Source of the DNA: Tabrizicola sp.
GTDB lineage: Bacteria; Pseudomonadota; Alphaproteobacteria; Rhodobacterales; Rhodobacteraceae
Direction of reading: 5' to 3'
DNA length: 64,000 nucleotides
NCBI RefSeq assembly: GCF_041919135.1
Contig: NZ_JAYRUJ010000011.1
Location: forward strand, 8,786-72,785
Shown here: one piece after another, positions 10,537 to 19,261 of the stretch
Numbering within the stretch: position 1 is the stretch's first letter
How the letters are laid out: each line of letters opens with the position of its first letter
Program-made: the position numbers and the translations under genes
Notes under the pieces: generated by a model
The model's database searches: none
Told to the model about the DNA's origin: nothing
Seen by the model: only the letters and a program-made list of their open reading frames with translations

Positions 10537-11856
10537 TCAAGAGTTGACGAAATGCATCCCCTGGAAGCGGGCGCGCAGGGCCTTGGTGCGCGGGGCGACG
10601 GTTTCGGGCGCGTTCGAGCGCAGGCCCTCGGCGATCAGCGCGGCGAGGGCGGGGGCATCGGCGGGGGTGACGCCACGGCGCACCAACTCGGGCGTGCCGA
10701 TGCGCATGCCGTTCAGGTCGCCGGCGACGTCCGGGATCGGAAGGCCGATGCCGCAGGCCAGGAACCCGGCCTTGCGCAGGGTTTTCGAGGCTGCCTGCCC
10801 GCCGCCGAAGGCTGCGGCCTCGATGGCGAACTGGTGCGAGGCGGTGGCGCCCCGGTCGGCGGCGAAGACCGGCAGGCCGAGCCTGCCGAGTTCCGAGGCG
10901 AGGGCACGCGCGAGATCGACCATGGCCCGGGCATAGGCCCGCCCGTGGTCGCGCCAGTCGAGCAGGGTATAGGCCAGGGCGGCGGATTTGGCGGCGTCGA
11001 AATTGGCGGTCAGGCCGGGGAAGGCGATGGCATCCAGCCGCTCGGCAATCGCGGCATCGTTGGTGACGATCAGGCCGCCGGCGGGGCCGCCGAGCGACTT
11101 GTAGGTCGACATCGTCATCAGATGCGCGCCCTCGGTCAACGGATTGGCCCAGACGCCGCCGGCGATGATGCCGCATTGATGGGCGGCGTCGAACAGGACC
11201 TTGGCGCCGACCTGATCGGCGATCTTGCGGACCTCGGCCACCGGATGCGGGAACAGGTTCAGGCTGCCGCCGACAGTGATGACCTTCGGCCGGACGGCAT
11301 GGGCAAGGTCGTGCAGGCCTTTCAGATCAAGGGTATAGCCGTCGCTGTCGATCGGGGCGGGGTGGGTCGTCAACCCGTAGAGGCCCGCACAGCCGGCGGC
11401 ATGGTGGGTGACATGGCCGCCGATGCTGCCGGGGGGCGCGATGATCGCATCGCCCGGCTTTGCCAGCGCCATGAAGCCGTAGAGGTTGGCCAGCGCCCCG
11501 GAGGCGACGCGGATTTCGGCGTAGCGCGCGCCGAAGACCTCGGCGGCGAGTTCGGCGGCGATGACCTCGATCTCCTCGATTGCCTCCAGCCCCATCTCGT
11601 ACTTGTCGCCGGGATAGCCGAGCGAGGGACGCGAGCCGATGCCGGAGGCCAGCGCCGCCTCGGCCCTGGGGTTCATCACATTGGTCGCGGGGTTCAGGTT
11701 GAAGCAGTCCTGGTCGTGGATTTCGCGGTTCTTCGCGATCAGGGCGTCGAGCCGGTTGGCGACCTGCGCGGAGGCTTTGCCGGCATCGCTGGCGAGGCGC
11801 TGGATATGGGTTTCGCAGGCGGCGGGAACCCAGGGGCGGGGGGCGAGATGGGGCAT
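10537..11856 (-). CDS. Divergent serine hydroxymethyltransferase-family PLP enzyme
   Basis: GYPG, GGHVTH, FDAAH, STYKSLGGPAGG (PLP Lys), GMRIGTP; AGGAG RBS; 439 aa. Confidence 0.9.
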   Translation of the reverse strand: MPHLAPRPWVPAACETHIQRLASDAGKASAQVANRLDALIAKNREIHDQDCFNLNPATNVMNPRAEAALASGIGSRPSLGYPGDKYEMGLEAIEEIEVIAAELAAEVFGARYAEIRVASGALANLYGFMALAKPGDAIIAPPGSIGGHVTHHAAGCAGLYGLTTHPAPIDSDGYTLDLKGLHDLAHAVRPKVITVGGSLNLFPHPVAEVRKIADQVGAKVLFDAAHQCGIIAGGVWANPLTEGAHLMTMSTYKSLGGPAGGLIVTNDAAIAERLDAIAFPGLTANFDAAKSAALAYTLLDWRDHGRAYARAMVDLARALASELGRLGLPVFAADRGATASHQFAIEAAAFGGGQAASKTLRKAGFLACGIGLPIPDVAGDLNGMRIGTPELVRRGVTPADAPALAALIAEGLRSNAPETVAPRTKALRARFQGMHFVNS

Positions 11857-11905
11857 GGCGGTCTCCTTTTGTGGCAGGGTAGGGGGCCAGGGGCTTGCGG
11901 ACAAA

Positions 11906-11940
11906 TCAGTTCTGCGGAAAATTAGGGTCAGGAAAGCTAA
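11906..11940. promoter_or_regulatory. Two candidate LysR T-N11-A boxes
   Basis: TCAGTTCTGCGGA (11906-11918) and TCAGGAAAGCTAA (11928-11940), 22 bp apart in the divergent intergenic region. Confidence 0.45.
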
Positions 11941-11943
11941 GCC

Positions 11944-12804
11944 ATGCCAGTTGCCCCGCCGCCCCTGACCCGCCTGCCGCTGAACGCGCTGCGTGCCTTC
12001 GAGGCGGCGGCGCGGACGGGGGCGTTCACGCTGGCGGCGGCGGAGCTGGGGGTGAGCCCTGGCGCGGTGACGGCGCATGTGAAGGCGCTGGAGGAGCGGC
12101 TGGGGGCGCCCCTGTTCGAGCGGCAGGCGCGGGGGGTGCGGCTGACCGCGCTGGGGCTGGCGGCGGCCGGGGAGCTGACCGGGGCCTTCGACGCGCTGGC
12201 CGGGGCCGAGGCGCGGCTGCGCGCGCTGGCCCTGCCGCGCGAGGTGCATGTCGCCACCCTGCCCGCGATTGCGCAGTTGTGGCTGTCGCCCCGGTTGCCG
12301 GCGTTGCGGGCGGCGGCGCCGGAGATTTCGGTGTCGATCACCGCGCTGGAGGCGGCGCCGAACCTCAAGCGCAGCCTGCATGACCTGAGCCTGTTTCCGG
12401 CTGAAAGCGGCGGCCGGCTGGTGGCGGCGGATGAGCTTTTCCCCGTCTGCTCCCCGACGCTTGCAGAGCGGCTTTCAGGGGTGGAGGACCTTGGCCGGCT
12501 GCCCTGCCTGTCGGATTCGGTCTGGGCGCGGGATTGGGAGGTCTGGCTGCACGCGGTCGGGGCGAAGGTGGCGGTGCGGGGGCCGGTCTTCTCGCTTTAC
12601 GCGCTGGCGGTGGAGGAGGCGGTGAACGGCGCGGGCGTGCTGATGGGGCACGGGCCGCTGGTCGCGGCGCAACTGGAGCGGGGGGCGCTGGTCGCGCCCT
12701 TTCCGCAACGGGTGCCGCTCGGGGCCGGGTTCCGCCTCTGGTCGGCGCGGGCGATGGAGCGGGGCAGCGCCGTGGCCCGGGTGGCCGCCTTCCTGGGGGC
12801 CTAG
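11944..12804 (+). CDS. LysR family regulator (GcvA-like)
   Basis: [46 protein letters not shown]. Confidence 0.95.
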   Translation: MPVAPPPLTRLPLNALRAFEAAARTGAFTLAAAELGVSPGAVTAHVKALEERLGAPLFERQARGVRLTALGLAAAGELTGAFDALAGAEARLRALALPREVHVATLPAIAQLWLSPRLPALRAAAPEISVSITALEAAPNLKRSLHDLSLFPAESGGRLVAADELFPVCSPTLAERLSGVEDLGRLPCLSDSVWARDWEVWLHAVGAKVAVRGPVFSLYALAVEEAVNGAGVLMGHGPLVAAQLERGALVAPFPQRVPLGAGFRLWSARAMERGSAVARVAAFLGA

Positions 12805-13505
12805 GCGAAAGCCGCTTCCAGCGCGATCTCGATCATCGCGCCAAAGCTCTTCTCGCGTTGGTCCGAGGGCAGCGCCTCGCCGGTGGTGATGTGGTCCGAG
12901 ACGGTCAGCACCGCCAGCGCGCGGGCGCCGTGGCGGGCGGCGAGCATGTAAAGCTCGGCCGCCTCCATCTCGACGCCAAGGCAGCCGTGGCGGAGGAGCA
13001 GTTCGGTCAGGTCCGGGCGTTCGTCGTAGAAGGTGTCCGAGGAGAAGATTCCGCCGACATGGACCGGGGTGCCCTTGGCGGTCGCGGCGGCATGGGCCTT
13101 CGACAACAGGCCGAAATCGGCGCAGGGGGCGAAGTTCATCTCCTTGAAGAGGGTGCGCGAGGGCGAGCCTGCCGTGGAACAGGTCTGCGCCAGGATCACG
13201 TCGCGGACCCTGACATGTTCGGGCAGCGCCCCGGCCGAGCCCACGCGGATCAGCGTCCGCGCGCCATAGTCGCGGATCAACTCGTTGGCGTAGATCGAAA
13301 GCGACGGCATCCCCATGCCGGTGCCGTGAATGGTGACCCGGTGGCCACGCCAGGTGCCGGTATAGCCCAGCATCCCGCGCACCTCGTTCACCAGGACCGC
13401 ATCCGTGAGGAAGGTCTGGGCGGCCCAGCGGGCGCGGTAGGGGTCGCCGGGCAGAAGCACGGTCTCGGCGATCTCGCCGGGTCTGGCAGCGATATGGACG
13501 GTCAT
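12801..13505 (-). CDS. deoD: Purine nucleoside phosphorylase, DeoD type
   Basis: [30 protein letters not shown]. Confidence 0.96.
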   Translation of the reverse strand: MTVHIAARPGEIAETVLLPGDPYRARWAAQTFLTDAVLVNEVRGMLGYTGTWRGHRVTIHGTGMGMPSLSIYANELIRDYGARTLIRVGSAGALPEHVRVRDVILAQTCSTAGSPSRTLFKEMNFAPCADFGLLSKAHAAATAKGTPVHVGGIFSSDTFYDERPDLTELLLRHGCLGVEMEAAELYMLAARHGARALAVLTVSDHITTGEALPSDQREKSFGAMIEIALEAAFA

Positions 13506-13574
13506 TCTCTCTCCCCCTGCGGCCGGTCAGGCCCGGCCATTAAGGCGGGGCGCGGGGTGCTTCGCAAGGGGCCG

Positions 13575-13931
13575 TCAGTGCGGATGGGCAGCCAGATCGG
13601 CAAAGCTGTCGCGGTTGCCGCAGAAGCTGCATTGCGACGGAACCGGATGCGCGCCGGCCAGCGTCGCGGCGCAGATCGCCCGGTCGGTGCAATGGCCGCA
13701 GGTGGTCAGAAGCTCGACCCATTGCTCGTAATCGCGCTTGAGATCTTCCTCGGGCACGCCAAAGACCTTGCCCATGGCAATGACACGCGCGTCGATGTCG
13801 CGCGGCATGCGAAGGAAATCCATGGCCTGATGGCGGCTAAGCCCGAGATCGGCGAAATCGCGGTCGGAGAGCGCGCTGACCTGCTGCACTTCTTGCAGGC
13901 GGTGAAGCAGCGTGCGGATGCGGTCGAACAT
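13575..13931 (-). CDS. DUF6455-like Cys-rich small protein with a DUF1127-like N-terminal motif
   Basis: LSDRDFADLGLSR near the N-terminus; CGHC....C...CSFC.N at the C-terminus; AAGGA RBS. Confidence 0.8.
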   Translation of the reverse strand: MFDRIRTLLHRLQEVQQVSALSDRDFADLGLSRHQAMDFLRMPRDIDARVIAMGKVFGVPEEDLKRDYEQWVELLTTCGHCTDRAICAATLAGAHPVPSQCSFCGNRDSFADLAAHPH

Positions 13932-13989
13932 GGCAGTGTCCTTGGCCGGGAACTTGACATGCAGGATAGCCGGCGGGGACCGGCATGCC

Positions 13990-14003
13990 TTGATTTGCGT
14001 CAA
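13990..14003 (-). promoter_or_regulatory. FNR/FnrL box upstream of the DUF6455-like gene
   Basis: TTGACgcaaATCAA on the minus strand (consensus TTGAT-N4-ATCAA), with TATCCT 21 nt downstream, matching class II geometry. Confidence 0.7.
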
Positions 14004-14018
14004 GTTTCGCCGGGGCCG

Positions 14019-15977
14019 CTATTCGGCCGCCACCGCCTCGGGATCGGCCAGGGCCACCAGGTCCAGCATGATCCGGTTCAGCTGGAAGTCCTTGGGCGTA
14101 TAGACCCGGGCCACGCCCATGCCCCGCAGGGTCCTGGCGTCATCCTCGGGGATGATGCCGCCGACGACCAGCGGGGTCTGCGACAGGCCGGCCGCCTGCA
14201 TCCGCTCCAGCGTCTCGCCGATCAGCGGCAGGTGGCTGCCGGAGAGAATGGACAGGCCGATCACATCGGGGCGTTTCTCGGCGGCGGCGACGACGATCTC
14301 CTCGGGCGTCAGGCGGATGCCGTCATAGGTGATCTCCATGCCGCAGTCGCGGGCGCGGGCGGCGATCTGCTCGGCGCCGTTGGAATGGCCGTCGAGACCG
14401 GGCTTGCCGAGGAGAAGGCGGAGCGGGCGGCCGAGTTTCGTCGCGACCTGCGCCACGGCATCGCGGACCGGCTCCAGCCCCTCGGTGCGGTTCGAGGGGT
14501 GTTGGCTGACGCCGGTCGGGGCGCGGTATTCGCCGTAGAGGCTGCGCATCGCGCCGCCCCATTCGCCGGTGGTGACGCCGGCGCGGGCCGCGGCGATGGA
14601 GGCGGGCATGATGTTCTCGCCGGTCTGGGCGGCCTTGCGCAGGGCGGCGAGGGCTTCGGCGACCTTCTGCGGGTCGCGCCCGGCGCGCCAGTCGGCAAGG
14701 CGGGCGCATTGGTCGGCCTCGGCCCTGGGGTCGGCCTGCATGATCGCGCCTTCGCCGGAGGCAAGGGGGGAAGGCTCGGTGGTGGTGAAGCGGTTGACGC
14801 CGACCACGGTGGTTTCGCCGGATTCGATCTTCGCCAGGCGCTCGGCATTGGCCTCGACCAGGCGGGATTTCATGTAGGCGATGGCGGCGACGGCGCCCCC
14901 CATGGCGTCGATATGGGCGAGTTCCTCCAGCGCGCCTTTCTTCAGCGCGTCGACCTTGCGGTCCACGGCAGGGTTGCCGTCGAAAAGGTCGTCGTATTCC
15001 AGAAGGTCGGTCTCATAGGCCAGGATCTGCTGCATCCGCAGCGACCATTGCTGGTCGAAGGGGCGCGGCAGGCCAAGCGCCTCGTTCCAGGCCGGAAGCT
15101 GGACGGCGCGGGCGCGGGCGTTCTTGGACAGGGTGACGGCCAGCATCTCCAGCAGGATGCGATAGACGTTGTTTTCCGGCTGCTGCTCGGTCAGGCCCAG
15201 CGAGTTGACCTGCACGCCGTAGCGGAAGCGGCGGAAACGGGCGTCGGTGATGCCGTAGCGGGATTCCAGAAGCTCGTCCCAAAGCGCGGTGAAGGCGCGC
15301 ATCTTGCAGAGTTCGGTCACGAAGCGGATGCCCGCATTGACAAAAAACGACATTCTGCCCGCCATTGCCGGGAATTCCGCGGCCGGGACTTTCACTTTCA
15401 GATCATCCAGCACGGCGCAGGCGGTCGCCAGCGCGAAGGCGAGTTCCTGTTCCGGCGTGGCCCCGGCCTCTTGCAGGTGGTAGCTGCAGACGTTCATCGG
15501 GTTCCACTTCGGCAGGTGCCTGCCGGTATAGGCCGCGACATCGGTGATCAGGCGCAGCGAGGGCTGCGGCGGCAGGATGTAGGTCCCGCGCGAGAGATAT
15601 TCCTTGATGATGTCGTTCTGCACGGTGCCTTGCAGCTTCGAGACATCGGCGCCCTGTTCCTCGGCCACGGCGATATACAGCGCCAACAGCCAGGGGGCGG
15701 TGGCGTTGATCGTCATCGAGGTGTTCATCTGCTCCAGCGGGATCCCGTGGAACAGCGCGCGCATGTCGCCGAGATGGGCGACCGGGACGCCGACCTTGCC
15801 GACCTCGCCGCGCGAGCGGGGGTCGTCGCTATCATATCCGGTCTGCGTCGGCAGGTCGAAGGCGACGGAAAGGCCGGTCTGCCCCTTGGCCAGGTTGGTC
15901 CGGTAGAGCGCGTTCGAGGCCGCGGCGGTGGAATGGCCGGCATAGGTGCGGAAAAGCCAGGGTTTCTCTTGGGTCAT
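14019..15977 (-). CDS. ecm: Ethylmalonyl-CoA mutase (B12-dependent; MeaA)
   Basis: MTQEKPWLFRTYAGHS, LSVAFDLPTQTGYD, GKPGLDGHSNG cobalamin motif; 652 aa. Confidence 0.96.
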   Translation of the reverse strand: MTQEKPWLFRTYAGHSTAAASNALYRTNLAKGQTGLSVAFDLPTQTGYDSDDPRSRGEVGKVGVPVAHLGDMRALFHGIPLEQMNTSMTINATAPWLLALYIAVAEEQGADVSKLQGTVQNDIIKEYLSRGTYILPPQPSLRLITDVAAYTGRHLPKWNPMNVCSYHLQEAGATPEQELAFALATACAVLDDLKVKVPAAEFPAMAGRMSFFVNAGIRFVTELCKMRAFTALWDELLESRYGITDARFRRFRYGVQVNSLGLTEQQPENNVYRILLEMLAVTLSKNARARAVQLPAWNEALGLPRPFDQQWSLRMQQILAYETDLLEYDDLFDGNPAVDRKVDALKKGALEELAHIDAMGGAVAAIAYMKSRLVEANAERLAKIESGETTVVGVNRFTTTEPSPLASGEGAIMQADPRAEADQCARLADWRAGRDPQKVAEALAALRKAAQTGENIMPASIAAARAGVTTGEWGGAMRSLYGEYRAPTGVSQHPSNRTEGLEPVRDAVAQVATKLGRPLRLLLGKPGLDGHSNGAEQIAARARDCGMEITYDGIRLTPEEIVVAAAEKRPDVIGLSILSGSHLPLIGETLERMQAAGLSQTPLVVGGIIPEDDARTLRGMGVARVYTPKDFQLNRIMLDLVALADPEAVAAE

Positions 15978-16070
15978 GTCGGCCTCGTGAGTCGCGCGGG
16001 TAATTTTATTGCGTTGCGAAATGGATATGCGACAGATCGTGCCAATGTCAATCGCTGCGCTGCGGCGTTG

Positions 16071-16124
16071 CTCCTCGTTCGACTTCGCCGCCTCGTCGCG
16101 AGGAGTGACGAAGTCATCGACGAG
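16071..16124. repeat. REP-like palindromic element, copy A
   Basis: ctcctcgttcgacttcg...cgcgaggagtgacgaagtcatcgacgag; the last 28 bp are the exact reverse complement of 25321-25348. Confidence 0.75.
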
Positions 16125-16151
16125 GGTCCGGGTTTCGGGCAGGCTGCGCCG

Positions 16152-17507
16152 ATGTTCGGCACGGTGGCGGTTCCGGTCTGGTTGCTTGTCCTGATCCTGG
16201 GCTTTGCCGCGATCAGCCTTGCCACGCATTTCCTGTTCCCCTCGGTGCGCTGGGTCTTTCGCCGGAGGGCAGAAAAGGCGCTGGCGCGGCTGAATGCCCG
16301 GCTGGACCGGAAGATCGACCTGTTCAAGCTGGCCGAGCATGCCGACATGGTGGCGCGGCTGGCCTATGACCGGCAGGTGGTCGAGGCGGCGATGGCCCAT
16401 GCAACCGAAACCGGGGTGCCGGGCGAGGTGGCCTTCGAGGAGGCGCGCCGCTATGCGCGCGAGATCGTGCCGGGGTTTTCCGCCACGGTCTATTTCGGAT
16501 TCGGCACGCGGGCGGCGAAATGGCTGTCGCGGCTCTTGTTCCGGGTAAGGGTCGGCAAGGTGGACCAGGCGCTTCGGTCGATCGACCCGCAGGCCACGGT
16601 GATCTTCGTGATGAACCACCGCAGCAACATGGATTATGTGCTGGTGACCTGGCTGGTCGCGGGGCGCTCGGCGGTCAGCTATGCGGTGGGGGAATGGGCG
16701 CGGGTCTGGCCGCTGAGCGCGCTGATCCGGTCGATGGGGGCCTATTTCATCCGGCGCGGCAGCCGGAACGCGCTGTATCGCAAGGTGCTGGCGCGCTACG
16801 TCCAGATGGCGACCGAGGCGGGGACGACGCAGGCGATCTTTCCCGAGGGCGGCTTGTCGCTGGACGGGCGGGTCGGGCCGGCGAAACTCGGGCTTCTGAG
16901 CTATGTCGTCGAGGGCTGGAACCCCGGCGAGCGGGATGTGGTCTTCGTGCCGGTGGGGCTGGCCTATGACCGGGTGCTGGAGGATCGGGTGCTGGTCGAG
17001 GCGGCCAAGGCCGGGACCCGGCGGTTCCGCAACCGGCCGCTCTGGGTGGCCTGGCATGCGATGCGGTTCCTCTGGGCGCGGTTCCGGGGCCGGACCAGGG
17101 GCTTCGGCACCGCGGCGGCGGGGTTCGGCGCCCCGGTCGGTTTGCGCGGGCATCTGGCGGCGGGCGGGACGGTGGATACGCTTGGCGCGCGGCTGATGGC
17201 GGCGATTGCGGCGGTGGTGCCGGTCCTGCCGGTGCCGCTGGTGGCCAAGGCGCTGGGCGAGGGGGCGGCCAGCCGCGAGGAACTCCTGGCGCGCATCGAG
17301 GCGCTGGTCGCGAAGCTGACCGCGGCGGGGGCAGTGCTGAAACTGCCGCCGCAAATGGCGGCGACGCTGGACGAGGGGCTGGCGCCGCTGCAGCGCCGGG
17401 GGCTGGTGGGGGCGGAGCTGCAGCCGCTGCCGGGCGCGCGGCCGCTTCTGGACTTCTACGCCGCCTCGGTGCCGGAGCCTGGGGCCGCTGCGACGCGGCA
17501 GACATAA
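16152..17507 (+). CDS. Glycerol-3-phosphate/1-acyl-glycerol-3-phosphate acyltransferase family protein
   Basis: NHRSNMDY (HX4D), GAYFIRR, IFPEGGLSLDG. Confidence 0.92.
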   Translation: MFGTVAVPVWLLVLILGFAAISLATHFLFPSVRWVFRRRAEKALARLNARLDRKIDLFKLAEHADMVARLAYDRQVVEAAMAHATETGVPGEVAFEEARRYAREIVPGFSATVYFGFGTRAAKWLSRLLFRVRVGKVDQALRSIDPQATVIFVMNHRSNMDYVLVTWLVAGRSAVSYAVGEWARVWPLSALIRSMGAYFIRRGSRNALYRKVLARYVQMATEAGTTQAIFPEGGLSLDGRVGPAKLGLLSYVVEGWNPGERDVVFVPVGLAYDRVLEDRVLVEAAKAGTRRFRNRPLWVAWHAMRFLWARFRGRTRGFGTAAAGFGAPVGLRGHLAAGGTVDTLGARLMAAIAAVVPVLPVPLVAKALGEGAASREELLARIEALVAKLTAAGAVLKLPPQMAATLDEGLAPLQRRGLVGAELQPLPGARPLLDFYAASVPEPGAAATRQT

Positions 17508-17613
17508 AGTTTCAAGAATACTGGATCAGACTATTGCATTATTGCGCGATGAAAGTTTAGCTGCAGGAAACAGCGCGGCGATTCTGCGGCGCGGCATCTG
17601 GTTGGAGGCTCTG

Positions 17614-18906
17614 TTGGCTTTGGATACGCAAAACGCACCCGTGATCTACGACGCTCCGAAGAAGGACCTGTACGAACTGGGCGAAATGCCGCCGCTCGGC
17701 CATGTGCCGGCGAAGATGTATGCCTGGGCGATCCGCCGCGACCGGCATGGGCCGCCCGAACAGGCCATGGTGCAGGAGGTCGTCGATACCTGGAAGATCG
17801 ACAGCCACGAGGTGCTGGTCCTGGTGATGGCGGCGGGCGTCAACTACAATGGCGTCTGGGCCGGACTGGGCCAGCCGATCAGCCCGTTCGACGGGCACAA
17901 GGCGGAGTATCACATCGCCGGCTCGGATGCCGCGGGGATCGTCTGGGCGGTGGGCGACAAGGTCAAACGCTGGAAGGTCGGCGACGAGGTGGTGATCCAC
18001 TGCAACCAGGACGACGGCGACGACGAGGAATGCAACGGCGGCGACCCGATGTTCTCGCCCAGCCAGCGGATCTGGGGTTATGAGACGCCGGATGGCAGCT
18101 TCAGCCAGTTCACCCGGGTGCAGGCGCAGCAGTTGATGCCGCGTCCGCGCCACCTGACATGGGAGGAATCGGCCTGCTACACGTTGACGCTGGCGACGGC
18201 CTACCGGATGCTGTTCGGCCATGCGCCGCATGACCTGCAACCGGGGCAGAACGTGCTGGTCTGGGGGGCCTCGGGCGGCCTCGGCTCCTATGCGATCCAG
18301 TTGATCAATACGGCGGGGGCGAATGCGATCGGCGTCATCAGCGATGAAACCAAGCGCGATTTCGTCATGGGCCTGGGCGCGAAGGGCGTCATCAACCGCA
18401 ACGAATTCAAGTGCTGGGGCCAACTGCCCAAGGTCAACAGCGAGGAATACAACACCTGGCTGAAGGAGGCCCGCCGCTTCGGCAAGGCGATCTGGGACAT
18501 CACCGGCAAGGGCGTGAACGTCGACATGGTGTTCGAGCATCCGGGCGAGGCGACTTTCCCGGTCTCGTCGCTGGTCTGCAAGAAGGGCGGCATGGTGGTG
18601 ATCTGCGCCGGGACCAGCGGCTTCAACTGCACTTTCGACGTGCGCTACATGTGGATGCACCAGAAGCGGTTGCAGGGCAGCCACTTCGCGCATCTGAAAC
18701 AGGCGGCGGCGGCGAACAAGCTGATGTGCGAGCGGCGGCTGGATCCCTGCATGTCCGAGGTATTCCCCTGGGCCGAGATCCCGCGCGCGCATACGCTGAT
18801 GTGGAAGAACCAGCACAAGCCGGGCAACATGGCGGTGCTGGTGCAGGCGCCGCGGACCGGGCTTCGGACCTTTGCGGATACGCTGGAGGCGAGCGGGGGC
18901 CGCTGA
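17614..18906 (+). CDS. ccr: Crotonyl-CoA carboxylase/reductase
   Basis: TTG start after GGAGG; APKKDLYELGEMPPLGHVP, VMAAGVNYNG, IWGYET, GSHFA; 430 aa. Confidence 0.97.
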   Translation: MALDTQNAPVIYDAPKKDLYELGEMPPLGHVPAKMYAWAIRRDRHGPPEQAMVQEVVDTWKIDSHEVLVLVMAAGVNYNGVWAGLGQPISPFDGHKAEYHIAGSDAAGIVWAVGDKVKRWKVGDEVVIHCNQDDGDDEECNGGDPMFSPSQRIWGYETPDGSFSQFTRVQAQQLMPRPRHLTWEESACYTLTLATAYRMLFGHAPHDLQPGQNVLVWGASGGLGSYAIQLINTAGANAIGVISDETKRDFVMGLGAKGVINRNEFKCWGQLPKVNSEEYNTWLKEARRFGKAIWDITGKGVNVDMVFEHPGEATFPVSSLVCKKGGMVVICAGTSGFNCTFDVRYMWMHQKRLQGSHFAHLKQAAAANKLMCERRLDPCMSEVFPWAEIPRAHTLMWKNQHKPGNMAVLVQAPRTGLRTFADTLEASGGR

Positions 18907-18916
18907 TCCACAACCG

Positions 18917-18932
18917 TTAATCATGGATTTAC
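18917..18932. promoter_or_regulatory. CtrA-like box (1 mismatch)
   Basis: TTAA-tcatgga-TTTAC vs consensus TTAA-N7-TTAAC, about 110 bp upstream of the 59-aa ORF. Confidence 0.45.
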
Positions 18933-19044
18933 CCGCGGCGGCGAACCTGTCGCCGCGGGGTTGCCTGACCCGGACCCTCTGGCATTGCCGCGGGGACGGG
19001 TGCAGTCTCTCGGCCGCCGCAAGCTGGATCGACCCGAGGGGTTC

Positions 19045-19224
19045 ATGCGCCACGACTGGATTTTCGATGTGCTGTCGGACCTGCACGCCTATGCCGAAAG
19101 CAATGACCTGCAAGAACTGGCCCTGAAGCTGAAGGAGACGCTGGCCATGGCGCGCTGGGAGGTGGCCCTGGCTGATGGCGAGGAATTCCCCGTTCCGCCG
19201 CGCCTGTCCCGGCCTGCGCATTGA
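19045..19224 (+). CDS. Small hypothetical protein
   Basis: MRHDWIFDVLSDLHAYAESNDLQELA...; GAGGGG RBS; 59 aa. Confidence 0.75.
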   Translation: MRHDWIFDVLSDLHAYAESNDLQELALKLKETLAMARWEVALADGEEFPVPPRLSRPAH

Positions 19225-19261
19225 CCTTACGCCCGGCGCGCGAAAGGGCTAGGTTGCGGCG

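Noticed and set aside
15978-16070. Cobalamin riboswitch upstream of ecm, or a shared ecm/ccr operator (TATTGCG in both upstream regions)
   Set aside because: No B12-box consensus seen; the shared 7-mer is too short and overlaps likely promoter elements
12534-17507. 1657-aa plus-strand ORF
   Set aside because: Antisense shadow of deoD, the DUF6455-like gene and ecm in high-GC DNA; only the last 451 aa (from 16152) are the real acyltransferase
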